64,000 nucleotides of DNA from Candidatus Poribacteria bacterium. GTDB taxonomy: Bacteria > Poribacteria > WGA-4E > JAJDTR01. The notes beneath the pieces were generated by a model. That model ran no database searches, was not told where the DNA came from, and saw only the letters and a list, made by a program, of their open reading frames with translations. Each line of letters opens with the position of its first letter. The stretch's first letter is position 1. A program made the translations under genes and the position numbers. The stretch is from the NCBI GenBank assembly GCA_965222225.1, contig CBDCTK010000002.1:2880001-2944000 (forward strand), given 5' to 3'. Below, piece by piece: positions 1 to 10,053 of the stretch.

Positions 1-1527
1 GGTGCAAAATTCAACCTTAACCTGCTCTACTCCGAAGGGTTATTAGAGGGAAAGATTGGCGATAAAGGGTTTTGGTATGCTGCCGGACGGAGGAGTTACA
101 TCGATCTGTTTCTTAGGTCGTTGTCGTTTGATAGCGGACAAATCACCGCTTTTCCCCGGTTCTGGGATTATCAGGTGAAAGGAGGATATGACCTCTCTGA
201 AAAGCATCAACTCTCTCTCAACCTGTTCGCTTCAGGCGACAGCTTCGCGCTCAAGCTAGATGGCGAGGATGTGGACGAGGATGTAAGAGGCAACATTAGC
301 TTTGGCAGCGGTTTCGAGGGAACTGGCATTCACCTGCGTTCACTTCTCACTGACCGGCTGAAATCCTATCTATCCTTGACCCGTTCCTATTTCGCGTTCG
401 ATGTTAATATAGGCGCTGAACTTTCCCTCAAAGTTGACGCTCCACAGTACGTGATTCGCGAGGACCTCACCTACACGCTAACGCCGAAACATCAAATTGA
501 ATCCGGTTTTATACTTGGGCTTGAACCGGGCAACGCTACCGGCACATTTCTGCGTCCGCCCGACGAGGGCGAAGTCGATTACGATCCGCGGTTTCTCGAC
601 AAGCAGACGATTGACGAATCCTCACTTGGCAAGCGAATTGAAATCTACCTGCAAGATCGATACACGCTATTGCCATTTCTGTCCGTTGTGCTCGGTCTAC
701 GAACGGATTACTTGAATCTTATTGATGAACTTTCCATCCAACCGCGCGGCAGCCTCTTGTTTGAAATTTCGGGAGGCACTCAAGTCCAATTCTCTTACGG
801 CAACTATCAGCAAGTGCCAGGCCCACCGCGGCTTACCCGGAGCGTCGGGAACCCGGAGTTGAACACAAGCCAAGCCAGCCACTACGTTGTGGAGTTTACG
901 CGTGAACTCTCGGAGGCGACTGAAATCAAAGTCGCCGGCTACTACAAGAACCTTGTTGGCCTTGTGACAAACGACGACGATGTGAGGTATCTCAATCAAG
1001 GCGTTGGATTCGCGCAGGGGACCGAGGTGTTCCTACGTCATCAAACCGGGGAGCGATTCCTGGGCTGGGGTTCTTATGCCTATGGACTCTCCAAACGGCG
1101 TGACCGCCCCGGCGAACCGTATCGCTACTATTCCTTCGATCAAACGCATGTGGCTACCTTTGCGGCGACTTACAGTCCGACTCCAACGTGGGAGATTGGC
1201 GCAAAATGGCAGTACCGAACCGGCAATCCCTATACTCCGGTGTTAGGCGCAAACTTGCAATCCGATCCCCGCAACGGGGAATCTATTTATGTCCCAATTT
1301 ACGCGGAGACAAATTCGGCACGGTTGCCGGCATATCATCGGCTTGATGCGAAGGTCAGTAAAGCCTTTCGCTTTGAAAATTGGCAGATGCGCGTCTTTCT
1401 CGAACTGTTGAACGTCTATAACCGCAAGAACCTTCTCGACTTCAGCTACAGCGACGATTATACGGAAAAGGACGACATCTACCAATTTCCGATTATCCCG
1501 TACTTGGGCATAATCGCCGAGTTATAA
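1..1527 (+). CDS. TonB-dependent outer-membrane receptor, C-terminal part (5' end outside window)
   Basis: Frame is open from position 1 through ORF 121..1527. Beta-barrel pattern with 'GNPEL..S.A.H', 'RLPAYHRLD' and 'NVYNRKN' motifs typical of TonB-dependent receptors. Confidence 0.85.
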   Translation, partial: GAKFNLNLLYSEGLLEGKIGDKGFWYAAGRRSYIDLFLRSLSFDSGQITAFPRFWDYQVKGGYDLSEKHQLSLNLFASGDSFALKLDGEDVDEDVRGNISFGSGFEGTGIHLRSLLTDRLKSYLSLTRSYFAFDVNIGAELSLKVDAPQYVIREDLTYTLTPKHQIESGFILGLEPGNATGTFLRPPDEGEVDYDPRFLDKQTIDESSLGKRIEIYLQDRYTLLPFLSVVLGLRTDYLNLIDELSIQPRGSLLFEISGGTQVQFSYGNYQQVPGPPRLTRSVGNPELNTSQASHYVVEFTRELSEATEIKVAGYYKNLVGLVTNDDDVRYLNQGVGFAQGTEVFLRHQTGERFLGWGSYAYGLSKRRDRPGEPYRYYSFDQTHVATFAATYSPTPTWEIGAKWQYRTGNPYTPVLGANLQSDPRNGESIYVPIYAETNSARLPAYHRLDAKVSKAFRFENWQMRVFLELLNVYNRKNLLDFSYSDDYTEKDDIYQFPIIPYLGIIAEL

Positions 1528-1824
1528 TGGTTTCTGGGCGTAGAAGCGCCTTAATGTTCCAAGTCTATGCCCATTCTCGGGAGGGCGGAGTCTTCAAAAA
1601 CAGCGATTCTGTCCCTCGTCGTCTTGTTGTCCTTTCCTTGTAAAGTGGAATTTTCGGTAATCAAATCACCAATTTTCCCTCCCTGCACCGATCCTTTTAA
1701 TCGTATTCTACAGGGGCCTCTGTTCCTCCTTTGAGTTTCATCTCCCGTTTCACAATCCTCAATAACAAATGGGATACGATCTTTGCATCCCTACGATATC
1801 TTGGTTGATAAACCTGGCAATTTA

Positions 1825-1833
1825 TGATATAAT
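1825..1833 (+). promoter_or_regulatory. Extended -10 promoter (TGnTATAAT) upstream of rpsF
   Basis: TGATATAAT about 90 nt upstream of the rpsF start. Confidence 0.5.
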
Positions 1834-1840
1834 TGGGCGA

Positions 1841-1912
1841 ATCTCTGCTCCGCCTTGTTTTCTAATTGAAAACCTCAATACCGATGCGGAGCCACATGTC
1901 CAAAGGGAGGAT
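1841..1912 (+). promoter_or_regulatory. Candidate S6:S18-type ribosomal protein leader hairpin
   Basis: GCTCCGC...GCGGAGC stem, with ATCTCT able to pair with the AGGGAGG Shine-Dalgarno just before rpsF. Position matches known S6:S18 autoregulatory leaders. Confidence 0.35.
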
Positions 1913-1920
1913 TAGCAATA

Positions 1921-2394
1921 TTGCGAGAATATGAATTAGTTCTGATCATCAACCCGGAACTTGACGACACCGAGACCGAGTCGCTCATTGAAGGAGTCAA
2001 GAGTAATATCGAATCCAATGGCGGCGAAGTGCTCAAGGTTGATCCATGGGGAAAGAAACGACTTGCTTTTCCCATCAAGAAACATAACGACGGCTACTAT
2101 GTTCTACTCATCTTTAGAAGCGAACCGGCTTTTGTTCCCCAACTCAGCAATTCGTTTCGGGTGATAGAATCTATCATTCGTGACATGGTGGTGCTGTTTG
2201 AAGGCGATCTTGACAAAGTTATCTCTCTGAGGGAAGCACGCCCGCCACGCGAGACGGACACGTCACTTCCGTTGAAAGAGGAAAACGAGCAGGTTGCCCT
2301 GGATACAGAATCGGAAGACGAGGATAACGTATCGGAAGTTGATAGTGAAGGTGAAGATCAGGTCGGAGAAGAAGCAGCCCCTGATAACTCCTAG
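1921..2394 (+). CDS. rpsF: 30S ribosomal protein S6 with long acidic C-terminal tail
   Basis: MREYEL..I..P and WGKKRLAFPIKK..GYY motifs; GGAGG RBS; rpsF-ssb-rpsR synteny. Confidence 0.97.
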   Translation: MREYELVLIINPELDDTETESLIEGVKSNIESNGGEVLKVDPWGKKRLAFPIKKHNDGYYVLLIFRSEPAFVPQLSNSFRVIESIIRDMVVLFEGDLDKVISLREARPPRETDTSLPLKEENEQVALDTESEDEDNVSEVDSEGEDQVGEEAAPDNS

Positions 2395-2428
2395 CATGGA
2401 TAAGCGCTAAATATAAGGAGATGATACT

Positions 2429-2866
2429 ATGGCAAGTTATAACAAAGTCATACTCATGGGTAACTTGACCCGCGATCCGGAACTGAAATATCTTCCGAGC
2501 GGATCGGCTGTGACAAATGTCGGGTTAGCCACGAATCGCGTTTGGACTGATCGCGAGTCTGGTGAAAAAAGGGAAGAGGTCTGTTTTGTTGATCTGGAGG
2601 CGTTTGGAAGAACGGCTGAAACCATGAACGAATACCTTCAAAAAGGTAGGCCAGTATTTATCGAAGGACGCCTTAGATTTCGAACTTGGGAACAAGACGA
2701 TGGGCAGAAGCGAAGTAAGCACGATGTCCTTGTAGAGCGATTTCAGTTTCTAGGTGGTCGTCAAGACGGTAGTGAGCAAGGCGGGTATAGCCGGCCGGGC
2801 GACGGGGCGCCTCAGGCTTCCGCATCTGACGCCGGCCCAGCCACTGACGACGATATCCCCTTCTAG
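2429..2866 (+). CDS. ssb: Single-stranded DNA-binding protein
   Basis: NKVILMGNLTRDPELKY at the N-terminus and DDDIPF at the C-terminus. Confidence 0.98.
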   Translation: MASYNKVILMGNLTRDPELKYLPSGSAVTNVGLATNRVWTDRESGEKREEVCFVDLEAFGRTAETMNEYLQKGRPVFIEGRLRFRTWEQDDGQKRSKHDVLVERFQFLGGRQDGSEQGGYSRPGDGAPQASASDAGPATDDDIPF

Positions 2867-2903
2867 CGGCATCTGTTGTCCCTACGGCAAGTTTATTAAT
2901 CTG

Positions 2904-2931
2904 AAAGCGGGCAAAATTGTGCCCGCTTTTT
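2904..2931 (+). terminator. Intrinsic terminator-like hairpin between ssb and rpsR
   Basis: AAAGCGGGCA-AAATTG-TGCCCGCTTTTT. Confidence 0.55.
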
Positions 2932-2964
2932 CCACGTAAATAGGAGAGTAAGAGGAATCTGATT

Positions 2965-3174
2965 ATGGCTGTACGCAAACGTTGTCGCCTGTGTACCGGA
3001 AAAATCACGGCGGTAGATTATAAAGATGTTTCTATGCTCAAGAATTTTACTAGCGAGCGTGGCAAAATCATCACGCGGCGAGCTTCGGCGAATTGTGCGA
3101 GACATCAGAAGTTAGTTACTCGCGCTGTCAAACGTGCCCGCATCGTTGCTTTATTGCCATTCAGCAAACAGTAA
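2965..3174 (+). CDS. rpsR: 30S ribosomal protein S18 (C+ zinc-binding type)
   Basis: RKRCRLC...DYKD...ERGKI..RR...CARHQ...AVKRAR..ALLPF. Confidence 0.97.
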   Translation: MAVRKRCRLCTGKITAVDYKDVSMLKNFTSERGKIITRRASANCARHQKLVTRAVKRARIVALLPFSKQ

Positions 3175-3215
3175 GTTCGTGAGCGAACTTTTGTAATAGC
3201 GTAGCGAGGAGTCTG

Positions 3216-3662
3216 ATGGAAATCATTCTTAAAAAAACAGTGGATGGTCTTGGGAGCGGAGGAGACGTAGTCAAAGTAGCTAACGGCTATGCGCGCAACT
3301 ATCTCATTCCCATGCAACTCGCCATCCAAGCGACGGAGCAGAATCGTCGCCTGTTCGAACAGGATAAGCATATCCTAGAGAATCTCGAAACCAAAGAGAA
3401 GGCGCGCGCCGAACAGATTGCCGCGAGTATTGCCGAGGTTACGTGTACGATCCAGAGACGTTCCGGCGAAAATGACCGGCTTTTCGGGTCTGTTACGTCA
3501 ATGGACATTGCGGAAGTGCTATCCGCCCAGTCCATTGAGATTGATCGGCGTCAAATCGAATTGGACGATCCGATTAGAGAGCTGGGTGTTTTCACGGTGC
3601 CAATCCGTCTACATACCGAGGTAGTGGCGGATTTACGGGTTGTCGTCGAACGCGAAAAGTAG
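3216..3662 (+). CDS. rplI: 50S ribosomal protein L9
   Basis: LG..GDVVKVA.GYARNYLIP and LFGSVT motifs. Confidence 0.97.
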   Translation: MEIILKKTVDGLGSGGDVVKVANGYARNYLIPMQLAIQATEQNRRLFEQDKHILENLETKEKARAEQIAASIAEVTCTIQRRSGENDRLFGSVTSMDIAEVLSAQSIEIDRRQIELDDPIRELGVFTVPIRLHTEVVADLRVVVEREK

Positions 3663-3760
3663 CCTCAATGTCGGATCGGATGGTAGGTGTCAAAGGTCTT
3701 GCCCAGTTTTTTTGAGGCATCAATTATCCACGGAGTTTAAGCCCGAGAAGGTAATCTTCA

Positions 3761-5101
3761 ATGGCGTCGCCTGAACCAGTTGAACCCCTTCATGATAGAG
3801 AAGCAGAACGGGCAGTGCTAGGCGCAATGCTAATGGATACGGATGTTATCCCGCGCGTCATGCCGATTTTGGGTGAAACCCCCGAAGCCTTTTTTACGAC
3901 GGATCACCGAATCATTTATTCCGCCGCCGTGGATGTCTACGATCAGCATAGCAAGGCGGATATAATTCTTGTCGCTGACCATCTCAAGAAGACGGATCAG
4001 TTGAAGCGCGTCGGTGGCACAATCTACCTGTACGACCTTCAAGCCAGGATTGTTGAAACCGAGAACACCGAGTTTCACGCGCAGATTGTCCGGGACAAGT
4101 GGATGCGCCGCCAACTCATCCAAGCGAGTGCGACGATTCGAGAGATTGCCCAAGACGGAGAGAAGGACCTCGTTGATGTACTAGACGAGTCTCAGGAAGA
4201 AATCTTCCGATTGAATAGTCTGAACACCCATCGTGGATTTATACCGCTTGGATCGCTCATAAATCAAAGCCTCAAAGACATTGAGGAACTATATCACAAG
4301 AAAGAACAGTATGTCGGCATACCGAGTGGGTTCACGGACCTGGATATATTGACCTCGGGGTTACAACGTGGGGATTTAATCATTATCGCCGCCCGGCCCA
4401 GTATGGGAAAAACCACTCTTGTGCTAAACATCGCTCAAAACATTGCGCTCGATCAGGAACTTCCCGTTGCCGTATTCAGTCTTGAGATGCCGGCGCGCCA
4501 GGTGGCAATGCGGATGCTTGCCGCCGAAGCTCAGATAGATTTCGCGAAGCTTCGGATAGGAAATATCACAGATCAGAATTGGTCAAATCTCACTCAAGGC
4601 GCAACTACCTTGATGGAAGCGGGCAACCGAATTTCTATCCATGAGGCCCGCGGAATCACCATACAGACAGTGCGCGCGGAGGCTAGGCGGCTCAAGTCTC
4701 AACAGGAAAACTTGGCGTTGATCATAGTTGATTATTTGCAACTGCTGAGAGGGACGGGCCAATATACGGGACGAGAACAGGAGATAGCCGAAATTTCCCG
4801 CGCGCTCAAGGCGCTTGCTTGGGAGTTGGATGTACCAATTATTGCCTGTTCACAACTCAACCGCGAGCTGGAGAGACGTCCTGACAAACGCCCCCAACTG
4901 GCGGATCTGAGGGAATCAGGCGCAATTGAACAGGATGCCGACTTGGTGGTTTTCTTGCATCGGGATGATTATTACGACGAACAGTCCGAGGCGGCAGGTA
5001 TGGCAGACCTGATTATTCGAAAACAACGCAACGGCGCTACCGGTACCGTCCAACTGGAGTTCATTAAAGAGCAAATGCGGTTTGCCAATCTCCAGGTCTA
5101 A
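3761..5101 (+). CDS. dnaB: Replicative DNA helicase DnaB
   Basis: AARPSMGKT, SLEM, VDYLQL, SQLNR, DLRESGAIEQDAD and KQRNG motifs; no intein. Confidence 0.98.
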   Translation: MASPEPVEPLHDREAERAVLGAMLMDTDVIPRVMPILGETPEAFFTTDHRIIYSAAVDVYDQHSKADIILVADHLKKTDQLKRVGGTIYLYDLQARIVETENTEFHAQIVRDKWMRRQLIQASATIREIAQDGEKDLVDVLDESQEEIFRLNSLNTHRGFIPLGSLINQSLKDIEELYHKKEQYVGIPSGFTDLDILTSGLQRGDLIIIAARPSMGKTTLVLNIAQNIALDQELPVAVFSLEMPARQVAMRMLAAEAQIDFAKLRIGNITDQNWSNLTQGATTLMEAGNRISIHEARGITIQTVRAEARRLKSQQENLALIIVDYLQLLRGTGQYTGREQEIAEISRALKALAWELDVPIIACSQLNRELERRPDKRPQLADLRESGAIEQDADLVVFLHRDDYYDEQSEAAGMADLIIRKQRNGATGTVQLEFIKEQMRFANLQV

Positions 5102-5212
5102 GGAGAGAAGGTCGGCGCTGGAACGGAAGCATTTTACTGCTAGAACCGGCGCAATATCATCGCCGCGCAACTTGCACCCCGGATTTTTTGTACTCCGCCT
5201 CTGGTATTCTAA

Positions 5213-6043
5213 ATGGCAGACCAACCTTCTGTCCCACAGCAAAAAACGGTCTCGTTACTTCGATTCGCTGATTTCGCCGGTAGACGAATTCTCTGCCGGC
5301 TTTCAGGCGTTGGTCGTGCGTCCATCTTCGTATTTCGAACCCTCGCGCTTCTTTTCAAACCTCCCTTCCAACTCAATTTACTCGTCCGGCAATTACGTCT
5401 AATCGGGGTTGATTCGCTGTCAGTTGTATTGGTATCAGGGGTTTTCACGGGCATGGTGTTAGCCACCCAAGGGTACATTCAACTAAGCGATCTGTCCGCG
5501 GAGGGGCAAATTGGCGGGTTTGTTTGTGTGTCGCTGATTAAGGAGTTGGGCCCGATGGTCACGGGGTTTGTACTCGCAGGCCGGATCGGCGCTTCAATTA
5601 CCGCCGAACTCGGAACCATGAAGGTGACGGAACAAATCGACGCACTTTCAGTCATGGGAACCGATCCAGTAAAATACCTCGTCGTTCCTCGATTCTTGGC
5701 TTGCGCGTATATGCTCCCAATTTTGACGGTTTTTTCGACCTTCTCCGGTATTGCGGGCGGATATTTTGTTGCTGTTTACCTATTCAGTATGAACGGCGTT
5801 TTCTTTATGAAGCAAGTACAGAGCTACTTGTTCATGAGCAGCATTTGTATTAGCCTCATCAAAGCGACTTCGTTCGGGATGGCGATTGCGTTAGTCGGCT
5901 GCTACAAAGGGTTCACTATCTCTGTAGCCGGTGGTGCGGAAGGCGTTGGCAAGGCAACCACAGGATCTGCGGTTGTTTCTCTAATGCTTATTCTGGTTCT
6001 GGATGTGCTACTGAACCATCTGCATTTACTCTTCTTCAACTGA
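5213..6043 (+). CDS. mlaE: MlaE-family ABC permease
   Basis: KELGP...AGRIGASITAELGTMKVTEQIDAL and GGAEGVGKATT motifs. Confidence 0.93.
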   Translation: MADQPSVPQQKTVSLLRFADFAGRRILCRLSGVGRASIFVFRTLALLFKPPFQLNLLVRQLRLIGVDSLSVVLVSGVFTGMVLATQGYIQLSDLSAEGQIGGFVCVSLIKELGPMVTGFVLAGRIGASITAELGTMKVTEQIDALSVMGTDPVKYLVVPRFLACAYMLPILTVFSTFSGIAGGYFVAVYLFSMNGVFFMKQVQSYLFMSSICISLIKATSFGMAIALVGCYKGFTISVAGGAEGVGKATTGSAVVSLMLILVLDVLLNHLHLLFFN

Positions 6044-6094
6044 AATAGGCGGTCACCGAGGGGCAATCCCGCGAGGGCCTATTATTCTTGGCTT

Positions 6095-6886
6095 ATGATT
6101 CAAATCAAAAATCTTTGGAAGAGTTTCGAAGGTAAGCAAGTATTAAAGGGGCTGGATCTGTGTATCCCTCGCAGTGAAACATTGGTCATTATGGGGCGCA
6201 GCGGATGCGGGAAGAGCCTGCTTTTGAAACTTATTACCGGTTTGATGCAGCCCGATGCCGGCGAAATCTTTGCAGACGGGGAAGAGATTTCGGGGCTGAA
6301 GTTCAGAGAACTGAATCACATGCGGCGCAAAATTGGAATGCTGTTCCAATCGGCGGCGCTGTTTGATTCGATGACTGTCGAGGAGAATGTCGGGTTTATG
6401 CTTGCCCAGCATACGAAACTGTCTAGGGCAGAGATTAGAGAGATTGTTATCGAGAAACTTCATCTGGTAGATTTGGATGGAACCGAGCACTTGAGACCTG
6501 CGGAACTCAGCGGTGGAATGCGGAAACGGGTTGGTCTTGCGCGTGCTATCGCTTTTGATCCCGAGGTGATTTTATATGACGAGCCCACAACGGGATTGGA
6601 TCCGGTTACCTGCGTCGAAATCAACAGATTGATTCAAAGCCTGCATATGAAACTTGATGTGACTTCTGTCGTCGTGACGCACGACATGGATAGTGCATTC
6701 ACCGTTGCTACGTACATGGCGATGATACATAACGGTAAGATTGTTGCTTTTGGTCGCCCAAACGAGATGCTTGAGAACGATGATCCGATTCTACAGCAGT
6801 TTATTCTTCTCGGCGCCCCAGAGCAGATTCTGAATGTTAACAATCCAGTATTGCGAGAGTTTATCCATAATTTACGGGAAGATTAA
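6095..6886 (+). CDS. mlaF: MlaF-family ABC ATPase
   Basis: GRSGCGKS, LSGGMRKRVGLARA and DEPTTGLDP motifs; follows mlaE. Confidence 0.93.
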   Translation: MIQIKNLWKSFEGKQVLKGLDLCIPRSETLVIMGRSGCGKSLLLKLITGLMQPDAGEIFADGEEISGLKFRELNHMRRKIGMLFQSAALFDSMTVEENVGFMLAQHTKLSRAEIREIVIEKLHLVDLDGTEHLRPAELSGGMRKRVGLARAIAFDPEVILYDEPTTGLDPVTCVEINRLIQSLHMKLDVTSVVVTHDMDSAFTVATYMAMIHNGKIVAFGRPNEMLENDDPILQQFILLGAPEQILNVNNPVLREFIHNLRED

Positions 6887-6968
6887 TCTGCAGGTAAGTG
6901 CACCCATTACGGTTTATAGTGTTGTAAATCATGGCGCATTTTTCCGCCAAAATCGAAAAAAGAGGTAA

Positions 6969-8537
6969 TTGATGAATTCATGGACAACCCAGGCAAAAGT
7001 GGGTATTGTCGTTATAGTTGGGCTTGTATTACTTGCTGTTCTACTTGTTATGGCAACTGATTCGCCATTCGCCGCAAGCGGCGATCAGCTCACTGTTCAC
7101 TTTGAGCGTGTCAACGATCTTCAACGAGGCGCTGGCGTCTACCTTTCGGGAGTTGAGATTGGCAAAGTAACCGCCGTTGCATTGAAGACAACCGATGACA
7201 TCGTTGAAATTCGTATGCGCGTGAAAAACGCGTTTCAACTTCTCAGGCAGGGCTGTATAGTTAAGATTGGAATCATCGGTTTTGTGGGCGAAGCTTACAT
7301 TGATTTCGTCAATGGGCCGGTAGGCAACCCGCTCTTGAAACCTACGGATCTTCCACTAACCGGTCAAGCGCCCGTGGGCATACAGGACTTCCTTCAACAA
7401 TCGAATCAAGCTATCTTGGAGACAATACAACTCGCTCAATCGGCAGATGAATTGATTAAGTTGAATCAAGAGAACATACAGCAGGGCATCGCGGATGTGC
7501 GGCAGCTAGTGGCTCAGACAGGAGAAGCTGTAGAAAGAGCAAGCAAAAACGCGCAAGAAACGGTTGAAACCGTTAAGCGATTAGCCACCGAGAACGATCG
7601 GCGTTTCGAACAAACGCTTGAACGCGGGAATCAGTTGTTGGAACAACTGATGGGAGACTCCCGGCTTCTCGGTGAACGTGCGGATGCCATCACAAGTTCG
7701 GTTCTTGACCTCGTGAATCGAAATTCCGCTTCGATTGATCGGACTGTCACGGACTTGAATGCGGGATCTTCCGATTTTCGCCAACTTTTCCAACAGCTAC
7801 GTAAAGATCTTGGGGAGCTAAATGCTGAACTTTCGGGTTTGGTGGCTGAAAGTCGAAACCTCATTGAATCTGATGCGCCGAAATTGAACCAGATTCTGGC
7901 GAATATTGCGGATATGACCGCTGATCTGGAGGAGCTTCCCGAGAACCTCAATCAGATTCTAGACAAAGTCCAACACGGCGATGGAAGTTTAGCCCAATTG
8001 TTGAACAAACCCGACACGGTCCATGAGGCGCGCGAAATATTAAAAACAATTAAGGACGCCGTAGGGGAGATACACAGTTTTTCGGGGAAGGTGGACGAGC
8101 GGTTTGCCGACCTCAAAACCCCGGAGTTGGCATGGGATTATGAGCTCCGTTATCTCAGTCTTGAGGAGAGCCTTCATAATGAACTCGCACTACTGTTGTT
8201 GCCGTCGCTTACGCAGCGTTACCGATTTGGTTTTGGGGTGCGAGATAAAGATGTAAAATTTGAGTTCCAGTATGCTCAAGATTTCTTCGACGGACGCCTA
8301 CGTGGACGACTCGGGTTCATGCGTTCAAGGGCAGGGCTGGGGATGGATGTCTGGTTGTTGTCTCGACGGCTTGGGTTGACCCTTGAAGGGTTTCATCTAA
8401 CTAGCAAAAACCCCGAACTCAATGCGGAGGTGGCGTGGAGGTTCTTCCGCTATGGACATCTGATTATCGGCGCCGAAAATCTCACTGATGATATCCGCTA
8501 CACGGCGGGTATTCGACTGGTTGGTAGAAATTGGTAA
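6969..8537 (+). CDS. mlaD: MCE/MlaD-domain protein with long helical region and C-terminal beta-rich domain
   Basis: N-terminal TM helix, MCE motif (L..G..V...GV.IGKV), coiled-coil region; in operon with mlaEF. An ATG at 6972 is an alternative start. Confidence 0.85.
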   Translation: MMNSWTTQAKVGIVVIVGLVLLAVLLVMATDSPFAASGDQLTVHFERVNDLQRGAGVYLSGVEIGKVTAVALKTTDDIVEIRMRVKNAFQLLRQGCIVKIGIIGFVGEAYIDFVNGPVGNPLLKPTDLPLTGQAPVGIQDFLQQSNQAILETIQLAQSADELIKLNQENIQQGIADVRQLVAQTGEAVERASKNAQETVETVKRLATENDRRFEQTLERGNQLLEQLMGDSRLLGERADAITSSVLDLVNRNSASIDRTVTDLNAGSSDFRQLFQQLRKDLGELNAELSGLVAESRNLIESDAPKLNQILANIADMTADLEELPENLNQILDKVQHGDGSLAQLLNKPDTVHEAREILKTIKDAVGEIHSFSGKVDERFADLKTPELAWDYELRYLSLEESLHNELALLLLPSLTQRYRFGFGVRDKDVKFEFQYAQDFFDGRLRGRLGFMRSRAGLGMDVWLLSRRLGLTLEGFHLTSKNPELNAEVAWRFFRYGHLIIGAENLTDDIRYTAGIRLVGRNW

Positions 8538-8572
8538 ACCGGTTCATAGCCTGAATTCCCAAGTCGAAATCA

Positions 8573-9934
8573 ATGGCAAAAGAACGTCGGCAGTTTGTCT
8601 GTCAGGAATGCGGATACGTTTCTCTCAAATGGCTAGGCAGGTGTCCCGAGTGCCAAAAGTGGAACAGTCTTACCGAAGAAATTGAGTTTGAAACATCGCC
8701 ACCGACGCATCGCACAATTGGAAAGCCTGCGCGTCAGCCAGAGCCAATTATGGAGATTGCCGCAAGTGAAGAAGATCGGCGCTTCACCGGCATTCGTGAA
8801 TTCGATCGAGTGCTTGGCGATGGGATTGTTCCCGGATCCGTCATACTGATTGGCGGCGATCCGGGCATCGGTAAATCGACGCTGCTACTGCAAGCCAGTG
8901 ACGCCGTAAGTCGGGTTTACGGCACGGTGCTATACGTTACCGGCGAAGAATCTGCCGCCCAGACCAAGCTCCGCGCGAACCGCCTCGGACTCTCATCAGA
9001 GGCGTTGCTCGTGTTGTGCGAAAACGACCTTGAAAAAATTGAGACACATATTGTGGCGATTCAGCCAAGCATGGTGGTCATCGATTCAATTCAAGCGGTC
9101 TATTTGCCGGCGTTGCAGTCGGCGCCCGGCAGCGTAACTCAGATACGCGAATGTGCGGGACAGTTGCTCATCCTCGCGAAGAGCAAGGATATACCGGTTG
9201 TGCTTGTGGGCCACGTTACCAAGGATGGAGCGTTGGCGGGACCACGAATGTTAGAGCACATTGTGGATACCGTGCTCTATTTTGAAGGTGAACAGCAGCA
9301 TATCTATCGAGTATTGCGTGCCGTCAAGAATCGATTCGGATCAACCAACGAAATCGGGATTTTTGAAATGCTGAGCCGAGGGTTGGTGGATGTAGAGAAC
9401 CCGTCCGAGCTATTCCTTGGCGATAGGCAGGAAAACATTTCGGGCTCTGTTGTTGTGTCAAGTATTGAGGGCACGCGCCCTCTTCTCTTGGAACTTCAGG
9501 CGCTCGTTTCGCCATCAAACTTCGCTTTCCCGCGCAACACAACCGCCGGGGTGGATCGCCAGAGAATTGCGATTCTGGTCGCTGTGTTGCATAAACGTAT
9601 CGGGATGAACATTGGCGATTCGGACGTGTTCGTCAATATCACCGGGGGCGTTCGTGTAGATGAGCCCGGGATCGACCTCGGGATTGTCATAGCGATTATA
9701 TCCAACCACCGCGACATTACGATTGACCCTTATACCGTCCTAATTGGCGAGGTTGGATTAGGTGGTGAGGTCCGCTCGGTAGCGCATATCGACAAGCGGC
9801 TACGCGAAGCGGCAAAACTTGGTTTCAAACGCGCAATACTGCCGGAAACTAATCGCAAGGGACTGGACTTGACCGAGGACATTGAGTTGTTTGGAGCGAA
9901 GAATCTCCATGATGTATTAGGCATTTTGTTTTAG
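8573..9934 (+). CDS. radA: DNA repair protein RadA/Sms
   Basis: C4 zinc finger CQECG...CPEC, GGDPGIGKST and KNRFG motifs. Confidence 0.98.
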   Translation: MAKERRQFVCQECGYVSLKWLGRCPECQKWNSLTEEIEFETSPPTHRTIGKPARQPEPIMEIAASEEDRRFTGIREFDRVLGDGIVPGSVILIGGDPGIGKSTLLLQASDAVSRVYGTVLYVTGEESAAQTKLRANRLGLSSEALLVLCENDLEKIETHIVAIQPSMVVIDSIQAVYLPALQSAPGSVTQIRECAGQLLILAKSKDIPVVLVGHVTKDGALAGPRMLEHIVDTVLYFEGEQQHIYRVLRAVKNRFGSTNEIGIFEMLSRGLVDVENPSELFLGDRQENISGSVVVSSIEGTRPLLLELQALVSPSNFAFPRNTTAGVDRQRIAILVAVLHKRIGMNIGDSDVFVNITGGVRVDEPGIDLGIVIAIISNHRDITIDPYTVLIGEVGLGGEVRSVAHIDKRLREAAKLGFKRAILPETNRKGLDLTEDIELFGAKNLHDVLGILF

Positions 9935-9999
9935 ATACGGAATCATATTGTCCTATTTATCTCTGTTGTGTGTAATCTTACGAGTCAATCCGTTGGCCA

Positions 10000-10025
10000 A
10001 ACCTAATCCTTACCAACGTGTCTAA
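10000..10025 (+). promoter_or_regulatory. Candidate ECF-type promoter AACCT-N15-GTCTAA
   Basis: The same motif occurs upstream of the ECF sigma gene (25391-25417). Confidence 0.3.
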
Positions 10026-10053
10026 CTTATCAAAAACGTGAAAGAAAAAGAAG

